49,024 nt of DNA from NCBI GenBank assembly GCA_029838195.1, contig JALGVJ010000029.1, positions 1 to 49,024 on the forward strand. The letters run 5' to 3'. Made by a program: the position numbers and the translations under genes. The notes under the pieces are model-generated. The model was given only the letters and a program-made list of their open reading frames with translations. It was not told the origin of the DNA and ran no database searches. Shown here in pieces: positions 28,088-38,597 of this stretch (positions are counted from its first letter, which is position 1; the number at the start of each line of letters is the position of its first letter). The DNA comes from Promethearchaeota archaeon (lineage in GTDB: Archaea > Asgardarchaeota > Lokiarchaeia > Sigyniarchaeales > SOKP01).

Positions 28088-28687
28088 TTGAACATGAGTG
28101 GAAATTCGGAAGGAAAAGTTGAAAAGTCTCAAATTGAAGGTATCATTGAAAAAGATAAAGTACTCATTCGCGATAATGAAGGAATTAATGATTTTTATAA
28201 AAATTCATATATTGGAACATTAGAACAGCGCGATAAAGGCGAGCAAGTGTTAATATTAGATCCCATTGAAGTCTTGCTCTTATGTGAGAGAAAAAGAATT
28301 CTTCTCTGGGAAAATAATGATAAAAAGAAAAAGCAACACGATTTTGAAAGCTTGTTATCTTACTTTACTCAATTTGATGAAAAATTATGGTATAAATATA
28401 TCATTTATTCAGATTTAAGAAAAAGGGGCTACATTGTCCGATTAGGCTATGGCGATGGCATCGATTTCATGGTATACAAGCGAGGAGCGGATTTTGAAAA
28501 CGAATCTGCTAAATATTTAATATATACAGTATTCGAAGGTTCACCGATCGAATTAAGAGAGTTAGATATCATTTCTAGAATTGCAATGAGCTCCCGAAAA
28601 GACCTCATTATTGCTACAGTGGATAGATTAAGCAAGGCTGTCTATTATAGCATTAAAAAATTTGAAATTTTAAATAAATCATCTTGA
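28088..28687 (+). CDS. endA: tRNA-intron endonuclease subunit (probably the structural beta type)
   Basis: LDPIEVLLL, YIIYSDLRKRGYIV, DFMVYKRG, SSRK; expected catalytic His absent (NESAKYL). Confidence 0.85.
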   Translation: MNMSGNSEGKVEKSQIEGIIEKDKVLIRDNEGINDFYKNSYIGTLEQRDKGEQVLILDPIEVLLLCERKRILLWENNDKKKKQHDFESLLSYFTQFDEKLWYKYIIYSDLRKRGYIVRLGYGDGIDFMVYKRGADFENESAKYLIYTVFEGSPIELRELDIISRIAMSSRKDLIIATVDRLSKAVYYSIKKFEILNKSS

Positions 28688-28699
28688 CTTGATTAATTA

Positions 28700-30355
28700 A
28701 TGGCAAAATTTTTACCTGACACCTCTGTAATCTTTAATGGACTCATTCTTGATTTGATTGAAGATGGAGAATTAGGAATCTCCCCAGAAATTCTAATTTC
28801 AAAGGTGGTAGTGGCAGAAATCGAATATCGCACGAATATCAACAAGGAATTGGGTTATTATGGATTACACGTGTTAAAAGAATTAAGAAAATGGGCCCAA
28901 GAGGGAAAAATTTCATTATCCATCGTAGGAACACGCCCTTCGAGAGAAGAAATTAAAATGGCACCCGGGGGTGAACTGGATTCCCTCATTAGAAAATCAG
29001 CCTTGGAGAATCAAGCTACATTAATCACTTCAGATAGAATTCAAGGAGATTTAGGAATATTTGAAGGTCTAGAGGTTATCTCTGTAAAAGAACGGGCAAG
29101 CGTAAGGCCAAAATCACCTATAAAGCTTAAAATTCTTGATTATTTTGATGAGAATGTAATGAGCATCCATATAAAAAAAGATTTACCCCCCTACGCCAAG
29201 AAAGGACAACCGGGAAATTGGTATTTAGTGAAAATTCGAGATGAAATCATTAATTCCAAGCAAATTGAAGAGATGGCGTTTGAAATCATTGAATTCGTGC
29301 GAGAAGATAATCAATCATTTATCGAAATAGAAAAAATGGGTGCTGTGGTGGCCCAATTACGAGAGTTTAGAATCGTGATCACCCGTCCTCCCTTTTCAAA
29401 TAACGTGGAAATCACTGCTGTAAGACCCTTAGTTGTCAAATCCATTTCCGATTATAATTTAGATACAAAATTAATTAATCGATTAGAAAAAGCTGAAGGA
29501 ATCTTAATATGTGGCCCTCCTGGTGCTGGAAAGTCTACCTTTGCTGCTGCCCTTGCTAATTTTTATTTGAAGAAAGAAAAAGTAGTAAAGACCCTTGAAA
29601 GCGTGAGAGACCTTCAAGTCAAGCCGGAAATTACTCAATACACCAAGCTGGAAGGAAGTTTAGAAAACTCCGCAGATATCTTATTACTCGTGAGACCCGA
29701 TTATACCATTTTCGATGAAGTACGCGTCTTTGAAGATTTTAAAATTTTCGCTGATTTTCGATTATCTGGAGTCGGCATGGTCGGTGTCGTTCATAGTTCT
29801 TCCGCCATTGATGCCGTGCAACGATTTATTGGCAGAATTGAATTGGGAATGCTCCCGTCCATAATAGATACCATCATTTTCATTGAAGGTGGAGATGTAT
29901 CAACTGTCTTAGTATTAAATATGACTGTAAAAGTGCCGCATGGAATTCGAGATAAAGATCTCGCTCGCCCCGTCATAGAAGTTCGCGATTATAAAACGGG
30001 ACGACTTCAGTTTGAAATTTATTCCTTTGGACAAGACGTGGTTATCACGCCCATTAAATCTAAAAAAGGAAAAACTAAAGGAGGTACTCTTCTCGAGTTC
30101 TCTGAAATTTATGGAACTCGTTTTGAAAGCCCAAGAATCGATTTGGGTTTTGAAGTGAAGAAGGACAAGATAATCATTTTTACTGATCCTCGCTACGCCG
30201 GTCAGAATATAAATATTTATGCTAATGGTAAACATCTCTTCAGCGGCTCGTTATCGAGAAATGGAGATATCACGTTGTCCCTCTCCCATAAAGAAGGGCA
30301 AAAAATTCTAAGACATTTTCAAAAAAATAAAGATATTTATGCCCAAATCAAGTAA
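28700..30355 (+). CDS. PIN-domain ATPase (PINA / PINc-VapC ATPase)
   Basis: PDTSVI, LITSD, ITRPPFS...EITAVRP, GPPGAGKST, LLVRPDYTIFDEVR, VKVPHG...DLARPVIEV. Confidence 0.92.
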   Translation: MAKFLPDTSVIFNGLILDLIEDGELGISPEILISKVVVAEIEYRTNINKELGYYGLHVLKELRKWAQEGKISLSIVGTRPSREEIKMAPGGELDSLIRKSALENQATLITSDRIQGDLGIFEGLEVISVKERASVRPKSPIKLKILDYFDENVMSIHIKKDLPPYAKKGQPGNWYLVKIRDEIINSKQIEEMAFEIIEFVREDNQSFIEIEKMGAVVAQLREFRIVITRPPFSNNVEITAVRPLVVKSISDYNLDTKLINRLEKAEGILICGPPGAGKSTFAAALANFYLKKEKVVKTLESVRDLQVKPEITQYTKLEGSLENSADILLLVRPDYTIFDEVRVFEDFKIFADFRLSGVGMVGVVHSSSAIDAVQRFIGRIELGMLPSIIDTIIFIEGGDVSTVLVLNMTVKVPHGIRDKDLARPVIEVRDYKTGRLQFEIYSFGQDVVITPIKSKKGKTKGGTLLEFSEIYGTRFESPRIDLGFEVKKDKIIIFTDPRYAGQNINIYANGKHLFSGSLSRNGDITLSLSHKEGQKILRHFQKNKDIYAQIK

Positions 30356-30395
30356 AATTAGAAATTAACTTACTTATCTCTTTTTCATTAAAATT

Positions 30396-31151
30396 CTAAG
30401 CAGTTTCAACGTATTTTCTTATCTTTTCCATGATCCTTGGCAACACTTCTGCTATTGTATTATCAAATCTTAAATCCGCCACGTCATCGTAAGGTGTTTC
30501 TCCTTTATTCAAGATAATTAATTTAGCTCCATTCTGCTTTGCAATGCCCGGCATGTTTGCTGCTGGCGTTACTACTAATGAACTCCCAATAACAAAAAAT
30601 ACATCACAATTTTCAGAACGTCTAATAGCTTCATATAACTCATCTTCAGGCAAGGGATCTCCAAAATTTACTATACTTGAAATAATGCGGCCGTTACAGT
30701 AAGGACATGTTGGCTGTCCTTTTCTAACCCGATCTGTCCTATAACCCGGACCCCATTTTCTTTTATCCCAGCCTGCTTCTTCAAAAGTCATTTTTTTACC
30801 GCAATTCAAACACCTCATGAAATACATGTTCCCATGAAGCTCGCTTATTTTCTCAAAGGGAATGCCGGATTTAACATGTAAGCCATCCACGTTTTGAGAA
30901 ATTAGAAAATCTAACTTCCCCATTTCCATCAATTCCACGATAATATAATGCCCTTGATTCGGTTTTACCTGATCCCAAGGAATCGTCTTTTTTGGAGGAA
31001 GACCTTTATCGCGTCTCGTCCATACACCATCCGGTCCGCGATAATCTGGAAGCCCAGAATCGGTAGAGATCCCCGCCCCCGTAAAAACTACAAGTCGTTC
31101 AGATTCTGCTATCCATTGGGCCGCTAAATCAATTTTTTTTTTTAAATCCAC
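30396..31151 (-). CDS. Sir2-family NAD-dependent deacylase (SIRT6/class IV-like motifs)
   Basis: [29 protein letters not shown], ELHGN, two CxxC, GSSL. Confidence 0.93.
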   Translation of the reverse strand: [251 protein letters not shown]

Positions 31152-31463
31152 AAATTGTATAACGTATGTTATAAAAATAGATTTTATCTTTTTAAATCAT
31201 TAAACACGATATTCAAAAAATTAAATTGCCATTTAAAGCTGAATTTTAAGGGATGATGGTGAATTGACCTTATTTTACTTTTAAAATAACAATTTAATAA
31301 TCTTGAGGCCAAACCACCATTTTTTTAAAGTTATTTTAAAGTTCCTTGTTCCGTTTTTTGAAATGAAAAATAATAATTATTACTTTCAAAATTATAATGC
31401 ACTAAATAAATATTCATTTACTCAAAATAGTGTAATATAATTAAAAAAAAAAGGAGATTTTTC

Positions 31464-32753
31464 TTATTTCACATCGCTTAAATTAATGCCTTTTGTCTCC
31501 TTGATGAAGAAATAAATCAAGGGAATATTTATGAAAAACAATAAACACATGATTATGAACGATGCCATTAAGCCCAAATAAAAAGTAATTAAACTGCTTA
31601 AAAGCAATCCAGTCGTTATTCCCGCCGCGTTTAATAACCCTTTTAATCCACTGCTCGTCCCTCGAGCATTTGTTGGAGTGACCTCTATGATTACTAATCT
31701 TATTACCACTCCTAACCCCCAGTAACTTATATTTGCTAAGCCGGCTCCAATGCATACCATTAATAATGCGCCTTGGGATAATAAGCTTCCAAACACGACT
31801 AAAATAATAGAAATCGGAAATGAAATGGAATACACGTAAAAAAGTAATTTTCTCCCATATTTATCCGCCACAATTCCGGTTATTAAATAACCAAACACAA
31901 CAGCCAAGCTCATTACTAAAACAATTATATTTATATCATTTTGATTTAAATTTGGGCTGCTTGAGATATACGATTCTCCCAGGGAAACAAAGATGTAGTT
32001 CATTCCAACGAGAAATGTAATAAATAGCACCGATGATATTTCTTTTTTCCTTTTCGGAGAAAATATTATTTTAAGATTTTCTCTTAGAAGATTTGCTTTT
32101 TCCTCCGGGATTTTTCCTTCTTTTTTTAATTCTTTCATTTCTTCGTATTTTAGAGTTTCTTTAAAGGCTAAAAGAATTACAATACATAAGGGGATGCCAA
32201 GAAAAATGGGAAAATAGGTCATGCCTCGCCAATTCGAAATGGTTTCAGTTATATAAATGGAGCGAAATACGGGCAAAAGGATTGAGCCGGTCACGCCTCC
32301 CATGAGAATGATATTCGTCCATATGGCTCTCTTATCGGGAGGGCTTTCTTCATTAATGTAAATTACCCATATATCAGAAGAGAAAAAGACATACAAAAGC
32401 AATAGATAAATGGTGTATTGGATGATATTGGTGGAAAATAAAATAAGCAAGGAAGCAAACCCCATGCCAAAGACCGTGAAGGCTAATAAAATTTTTCGGC
32501 CGACTTTATCTGCCATTAATTGATTAAAGAACACAACGTACATCCCTATAGAAGCGATGGCAACGCATAAAGCGTATAGGGAATTCGCAACATTAGAAGG
32601 ATATTCAGAAAGAAATTCGGCAATAATTCTGGAAGGTATGACGTTAGGATAATTCGTGGTATAGGTATCGAGAATTTCCACGCACATGAGGGCAAGAATT
32701 AAAAAAATGAAATATTTTTTTGATCGCTTTTTTGAATTATTTTTATTTTCCAT
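31464..32753 (-). CDS. MFS transporter
   Basis: About 12 TMs; ADKVGRK and ADKYGRK motif A; EESP, EVTPTNARG, KETK. Confidence 0.92.
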   Translation of the reverse strand: MENKNNSKKRSKKYFIFLILALMCVEILDTYTTNYPNVIPSRIIAEFLSEYPSNVANSLYALCVAIASIGMYVVFFNQLMADKVGRKILLAFTVFGMGFASLLILFSTNIIQYTIYLLLLYVFFSSDIWVIYINEESPPDKRAIWTNIILMGGVTGSILLPVFRSIYITETISNWRGMTYFPIFLGIPLCIVILLAFKETLKYEEMKELKKEGKIPEEKANLLRENLKIIFSPKRKKEISSVLFITFLVGMNYIFVSLGESYISSSPNLNQNDINIIVLVMSLAVVFGYLITGIVADKYGRKLLFYVYSISFPISIILVVFGSLLSQGALLMVCIGAGLANISYWGLGVVIRLVIIEVTPTNARGTSSGLKGLLNAAGITTGLLLSSLITFYLGLMASFIIMCLLFFINIPLIYFFIKETKGINLSDVK

Positions 32754-32777
32754 AATAATACGTTGTCTCTTTTTTTA

Positions 32778-33509
32778 TTAAAGCTTTTTTAATAGATCAA
32801 AGAAAGAAAGGAAGTTGTTTTCAAGGGAATAATATTGAATCATCTGGATTGGTTCTGAATAATCGTTTAATCGTCTCAAGCCATGAGAGTCTGTTCCAAT
32901 TGTAATAGGGATGTATTCTTGCTTTAGTCTTTTAAAAAAATCTTCATGTTTAAGAGAATAATATTCAGGATATCGAGAATTAAATTCGAAATATACGGAA
33001 TGGGATTTTAAAAAATCAAATAATGTATCCTTTCTAAGATTATCATTGCTATAATGAAATGGATCGAAATGGGCTAATCCAAAAAGGGGAAAGGAGTTAG
33101 AAGGTACCCTTTCTTTCCAATAATTAATTAACTCATTAGCAAGCGCGAGACCTTCCTGAGTTTCAAGATACTCGAATAAAATTATATCATAATCTTCCGG
33201 ATTAATTGAATTCTTGATATACTCTTCTGAACTTCCCAAGTCGATTTCAATTCCTTTATAAAGGCGTAATGACCTACCTTTTTCTTTTAATTTCTTTTGG
33301 TGGTGCGTTAAAGTTGTCAAATAATGGGCAATTTTCCTGGGAGTACTTAATGTGGGAATGACTTGACATTTCCAAGAATTTGAAAAGTGATCTGTTATGG
33401 CAATATACTCTAATTTTAATTTAAGAGCCCTTCTGACGATAACTCTTATAGAAAATCCGCCATCGGAATAAATTGAATGAATGTGAAAATTAACCCTTGG
33501 AAAAATCAT
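32778..33509 (-). CDS. PHP-domain phosphoesterase
   Basis: HIHSIYSDG, AITDH, GIEID, LAH, GTDSH. Confidence 0.88.
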   Translation of the reverse strand: MIFPRVNFHIHSIYSDGGFSIRVIVRRALKLKLEYIAITDHFSNSWKCQVIPTLSTPRKIAHYLTTLTHHQKKLKEKGRSLRLYKGIEIDLGSSEEYIKNSINPEDYDIILFEYLETQEGLALANELINYWKERVPSNSFPLFGLAHFDPFHYSNDNLRKDTLFDFLKSHSVYFEFNSRYPEYYSLKHEDFFKRLKQEYIPITIGTDSHGLRRLNDYSEPIQMIQYYSLENNFLSFFDLLKKL

Positions 33510-33809
33510 CAGCGATGAGAAAATCTTCTGGTGAATAATTGAAATAAGTAATTTTTTAAAGAAATATTATTTTTTTCATTAGTTAAATTAGTTCAAGATT
33601 TCTTTTTAATTATTTCATGAGTAAATTCAGATAAAAATACATCGTTTTTTTATAAAGCAACAGATAATAGAGGCTTAAAAAGAAGGAAATCTGCTTAATT
33701 TTAATGGGTTAGGGTTGAAATTTATAGAAATTTCTTTTTATTTTTTGAGAATAAAAATTTATTAGCGTAAAAAACTTGCTATTTTTTTTGAAAATATTAA
33801 ATAAACCAT

Positions 33810-35183
33810 TTAAAAGTTAAAAATATTAAAGAGATTAAAATAAAAGAAATATTGCCAGAAAAGAATTAAGAGACTAATGATCACGCATGTTATTATGAAA
33901 AGAATCCTCCGTTCATACTGCTTTTTAAATATTTTCCAAGAAGCCCACCTTACGGGCTTTTTTATTTCGGATTTTACTATGGGATAAAGTACAATGAAAT
34001 TATTATTCTTGAAACATATTTTTTCGGAAGGCTTGAATAAAAGAAGAGTTAGCAATAGAAGAGTAATAAAACCTAAGATAAAATCCAAAATTAGATTTCC
34101 CAGAATAATATTTTGATTCTGAGAATTAATTATCAAGAAATTTTGGAGTATTTTAAAAGGAACGGATATAAATAGTCCTGTTGAGCACATGAACCAAAAA
34201 ACCTCGAACCATTCTAAAGTTCGTTGAGGTTGATAATCCAATCCTTTATTAGTGAAAATAAACGTCTGATAATAATGAGATTTTATTCTATAGGCATTTT
34301 CTTTTTGAGGTTCGTTAAATTCAAGGGGAAAAGGTGTCTTTCTCAGTTCCTTGGACAGCAAATAGGCTCCCAATATAATTAAAAAATGGGAAACTAATGT
34401 TTGATGAACCGCAAAAGTCGTCATGAAAAGTACAACATTCAGCATCCCATAGAATAGAAAAAAGAGAGAATAAAATAAATTAAACTTATTAACGGTCTTT
34501 AAGGGGGTCGTTTTAATAGTGGAAGGCCCCTCTTTTGAAAGTGAACTTAACATCGAAAAAATAGCTTCAATCTTCTTTTTCCTTTCCATAAAAGGTTCAA
34601 ACCATAATTCAAATCTCCCTTCAGGAGTATAAATCTCTAAAAACCATTGAGGAAATCCAAATAAAATAATTAATGCTAAGAGGGACCCTATCATTGAGAT
34701 CAATGTGAAAAAAGCAGTAATATTTACTAATCCCGTGATAAAAGGCTGATTGAAGTTAAGTATCATGTAATAGTAATTATATATCAAATAGGGCACGAAT
34801 AAGAATAACCACAAGTATTTAATGCCAATTTCATTATTCGTTAATCTCATTAATAAAATGTCCTCTTTTTTAATCACAATCTCATCTTTCATAAAATTTC
34901 GATCTTCCATTAAAGTGAAAGTTTCTCCTGCTTGAATGATCTTACCCTTGAAATAACTTAAAATGACGTAAATTATTAAACCAATTCCAACAATGAAAGG
35001 AATTAACCCTGCGCTTACAAAATAACTCGGCCCTTCGAAAGTCATGATACTACCTGTTGGCACGTGCCTCCCATAAAGCGGTTGGAAAATTATAAAATCC
35101 ATGACTCCCACACTTAAAAGGAGAATAGCTGCAATCAATCTCTTCCAAGAAAACGATATGAATTCAATTTCAACCTCTTCCAT
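33810..35183 (-). CDS. Multi-pass membrane protein, hypothetical
   Basis: 457 aa with about nine hydrophobic segments; 30 nt downstream of the 524-aa gene. Confidence 0.8.
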   Translation of the reverse strand: MEEVEIEFISFSWKRLIAAILLLSVGVMDFIIFQPLYGRHVPTGSIMTFEGPSYFVSAGLIPFIVGIGLIIYVILSYFKGKIIQAGETFTLMEDRNFMKDEIVIKKEDILLMRLTNNEIGIKYLWLFLFVPYLIYNYYYMILNFNQPFITGLVNITAFFTLISMIGSLLALIILFGFPQWFLEIYTPEGRFELWFEPFMERKKKIEAIFSMLSSLSKEGPSTIKTTPLKTVNKFNLFYSLFFLFYGMLNVVLFMTTFAVHQTLVSHFLIILGAYLLSKELRKTPFPLEFNEPQKENAYRIKSHYYQTFIFTNKGLDYQPQRTLEWFEVFWFMCSTGLFISVPFKILQNFLIINSQNQNIILGNLILDFILGFITLLLLTLLLFKPSEKICFKNNNFIVLYPIVKSEIKKPVRWASWKIFKKQYERRILFIITCVIISLLILFWQYFFYFNLFNIFNF

Positions 35184-35213
35184 TATTTACCCATTAAATA
35201 ATTCAATTCAATT

Positions 35214-36788
35214 TCAATACAAGAATAAATTCAAATATATACCAATATAATAAGGAAGCAAGAAAGCAAGTCCTGAATCTTGCCTAGTATAAGGTCTTTC
35301 TCCCGAAAGCTCCCAAGGAGTTCTCTGCCAGAGAAAATCCGCAGCTTGGTATTCGTCAACGCGTTTCGGGTATTCCAAAATTTCTTTAGAATACATGTCA
35401 AAAATCCAACCGTAGAAAAAATTTAGAATGGGATTTTGACGATATTTTTCCGTTGGATCCCGATGAGCATATTTAATAAGATTTTTATCTCCCCCTCTTT
35501 CGGGAATCCGTTTAGTATTATTCGGAGCACGGGGAACATCAAATCGCATGAGCTGATCCAAAACATCTAATCTAATCAACTTCTTGGTATCATCCAAACC
35601 CGCTAAGCTATTCTCATGCAACATGAACAAGTATGCCATATTAAACCACGCATTCCTCGATTTACTAATTATGGGATAAAAAATCTTTTCTACAATCTTT
35701 TCATATCTCATCCGAAGACTCGGATCCTCTTCTAGGCTTACCAGATTAGTCAAGACATTAAAATTGATATTAAGAGAATAATAGTGATACAAATTAAATA
35801 ATCTATAATCCGTTTCCATGTAATTAATATAATTCCTCTCAAAAGCATAATGATAATATAGCTTGGTATATCTTTCAGGAACTGCAACCATTCCCATTTT
35901 TAATATGGAAAGCGTCCAGTGCCCTCCCATTTCCACGCTCATCTTAAAATCCTGTCCCGTGGTTCTACTATTTCCAGAAGGGGTCTGATCTAAGATCATC
36001 CAATTACTCTTTCGAAAACTCTCAATGATTTGGATGGCTAAATCTCTGATCCGATAGCGGATCCATTCCGTTTCCTTTCCCGTTTCATTCATGAATACTC
36101 TTGCGCATTGTCCTAATCCCAAGATAATTCCACTCCACTGATCCGTAGAAGGATATCCTTTCCACCAATATTCTGAATAATTTCCAACGCCCTCAAAAAT
36201 ATCGTTTGGATCTCTTTGTTCGGGAGCGTATCCTTCAATGGGAGGATTTCCTCTTTTTTCCCAGTTCTTAGGGCATACACTTCGAGCCAAAATAGCGGGA
36301 TATCCTTCGCCTATTCCGCCGCTCGGTACGGCGATGAGAAGGCTAACGCCTCGCAATGTTTTTTTCACTAATTTAAGAGCGTATTCGATTTCCTCGGGAT
36401 CTCCGGATTTTTTCGCAGCTGCATAATGAAGGGATTGAGCGGCGAGATTCATTCCGCTCCAAATAGCAGCGTCCCCTGCTGTTCCATATAATGCAATCTT
36501 CTTATAGGTGGTATCTTCCCAGTAAACGGTTAACGTGTAATCGAGAGGCGTATGTTCTTTATCAAAATGATAATTAAAAGTTTTGGCCATTTTTTTCAAT
36601 CGAGCAAAATTAGGGGGAATGAATTGGGAGGTATCTATATCGCCTACCATTGTAGTCTCATAAGGAATATGCCAGACGAGATAAAATCCTCCAATTAGAT
36701 AAGCGAGCGTGATTCCTCCAATGAATAAAAATAGAAAAGTAACTCTCTTATCTTTTTTATTAAATTTTCCATGTAATCGGTATTTCAT
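35214..36788 (-). CDS. Membrane-anchored extracellular protein, possibly six-hairpin glycosidase-like
   Basis: Basic N-terminus + single TM; aromatic-rich helical domain (GDAAIWSG, WWKGYPSTDQWSG, FLWQRTPW, FLLPYY). Fold is inferred. Confidence 0.6.
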   Translation of the reverse strand: MKYRLHGKFNKKDKRVTFLFLFIGGITLAYLIGGFYLVWHIPYETTMVGDIDTSQFIPPNFARLKKMAKTFNYHFDKEHTPLDYTLTVYWEDTTYKKIALYGTAGDAAIWSGMNLAAQSLHYAAAKKSGDPEEIEYALKLVKKTLRGVSLLIAVPSGGIGEGYPAILARSVCPKNWEKRGNPPIEGYAPEQRDPNDIFEGVGNYSEYWWKGYPSTDQWSGIILGLGQCARVFMNETGKETEWIRYRIRDLAIQIIESFRKSNWMILDQTPSGNSRTTGQDFKMSVEMGGHWTLSILKMGMVAVPERYTKLYYHYAFERNYINYMETDYRLFNLYHYYSLNINFNVLTNLVSLEEDPSLRMRYEKIVEKIFYPIISKSRNAWFNMAYLFMLHENSLAGLDDTKKLIRLDVLDQLMRFDVPRAPNNTKRIPERGGDKNLIKYAHRDPTEKYRQNPILNFFYGWIFDMYSKEILEYPKRVDEYQAADFLWQRTPWELSGERPYTRQDSGLAFLLPYYIGIYLNLFLY

Positions 36789-37405
36789 TGTTAATTCATT
36801 TTTAAATTTTATTTTTTTGTATAAATAGTTTTTGTTTTCAAAATTATTTGTGAATTCATGTTAAAATTATTGGATTTACTCAATAATTTCTAAAAAATTA
36901 CAAAAAATCCTTCAAGGATGGAAGTTTTTCTCGTCTTTTTTTCTTTTAATTTTTCTTCATCACGGGTATTTTTTTTCATTTGGGACGCTCATTTTACAAG
37001 GCATATAATAATTTAAGGGTGTTAAATGTGAAAATAAGAATCACGATATGATTTCTTTTGGAAAATTTTTTAACGAATAAAAAGCCATTTATTACCTTAA
37101 TGATGAACATAAATGATTTCTGGGTTAATTAATTAATTTCATTTGTTCTCGATTATAGATGAAATTTTAAATTCTTTTTGTATTTCAAATGAAATAATGC
37201 GAGTATAACTATAAGGGGGAAAATTTTCCATGTCCATGATGAAATGAAAAAACAAGATTCAGTTAATCTTCCATTATTTGAAGAAAAATTAAATTTATCA
37301 CGTGCTTCATTAGGGGTAAATTAAAAATCTAAATGAAAAATCAATAAGACTTTTTGCCTTCTTATTTTTTTAATTTAAAAGGATATGGAGGATTAAAAGA
37401 TAATA

Positions 37406-38497
37406 ATGGAAAACTCAAATATAATGGATAAAATTACTCAAAAATTAAAAAAACACTTAAAAATAGAAAATTTTCCTCATGTAACAAAAAATGGAAAATG
37501 GCAAACTACACGTGATGGCTATTGGTCAGGAGGATTTTGGATTGGTATCCTATGGTGGATGCATGTGCATACGGGAGATGATCTTTTCAAAAATGAAGCA
37601 ATTAAATGGTTAAAAAGGTTAGAAAAAAGAAAAACTTCACGTACTTTTGACTTAGGCTTTATTTTTTATCCTTCGTTTATTTTAGGGTATAAAATTACGA
37701 AGGATGAACAATTAAAAAAAGTTGCTTTAGAAGCTGCTGATACTCTTTTAACCACGTTTAATCCTCACCTCAACGTGATTTATGATGAGATGGTTCAAGA
37801 AAATCAAAAAGTTGGAAAAGTCCTCATCGATATCATGCCAAATTTAAAATTATTATGGTGGGCATTTAAAGAAACCGGGAACACAAAATATTATGATATT
37901 GCAAATCTTCATGCCCAAAGAACCATTAAAGAATTAATACGTTCTGATGGCTCTACGTATCAAGGTTTTATTTTTGATTTAAAATCCAATGCTATCATTA
38001 AAAAAGTAACTTTTCAAGGCATCAATACGGAATCGTGTTGGTCAAGAGGGCAAGCGTGGGCGATTTTAGGTTTTGCTATGGCTTCTGAATATACCAAAAA
38101 TGAAGAATACTTATCAGTTACTAAAAAATTAGCTCGATATTATTTAAAACATCTGCCACTAGATAATAAAGTGCCTTATTATGATTTTGACGTGAAGCCA
38201 AATCCAAATGAAATTAGGGACACTTCAGCAGCCGCCATTGCGAGTGCAGGATTATTAAATGTCTACAGAATTACTAAAGAAGAATATTACAAAGAACAAG
38301 CTCACGAGATCATTCAATCCCTTTATATGAATTACTTCAATGATGAAATGAAGGATGGTTTTTTATCTGACGGATGTTTTTATCTACAAAAAGATTGGGG
38401 CGTGAAAGAGTCAATGATTTGGGGTGATTATTTCTTTATAGAATCCCTTATCCAACTAATTTATAGCAACCAAAAATCAATAAAGAATTTATTCTAA
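37406..38497 (+). CDS. GH88 unsaturated glucuronyl hydrolase
   Basis: WSGGFWIGILW, DLGF, LIDIMPNL, WSRGQAWA, RDTSAAAI, IWGDYFFIE. Confidence 0.92.
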   Translation: MENSNIMDKITQKLKKHLKIENFPHVTKNGKWQTTRDGYWSGGFWIGILWWMHVHTGDDLFKNEAIKWLKRLEKRKTSRTFDLGFIFYPSFILGYKITKDEQLKKVALEAADTLLTTFNPHLNVIYDEMVQENQKVGKVLIDIMPNLKLLWWAFKETGNTKYYDIANLHAQRTIKELIRSDGSTYQGFIFDLKSNAIIKKVTFQGINTESCWSRGQAWAILGFAMASEYTKNEEYLSVTKKLARYYLKHLPLDNKVPYYDFDVKPNPNEIRDTSAAAIASAGLLNVYRITKEEYYKEQAHEIIQSLYMNYFNDEMKDGFLSDGCFYLQKDWGVKESMIWGDYFFIESLIQLIYSNQKSIKNLF

Positions 38498-38597
38498 AAA
38501 GCTTAATTTTAAAAAATTTAGGTTTTTAAAAAAAAAGCCCAAAAAATGAGATGAGATTTACTTTATTAATAATTCAAAATAATAATCTCTTTTTTTC

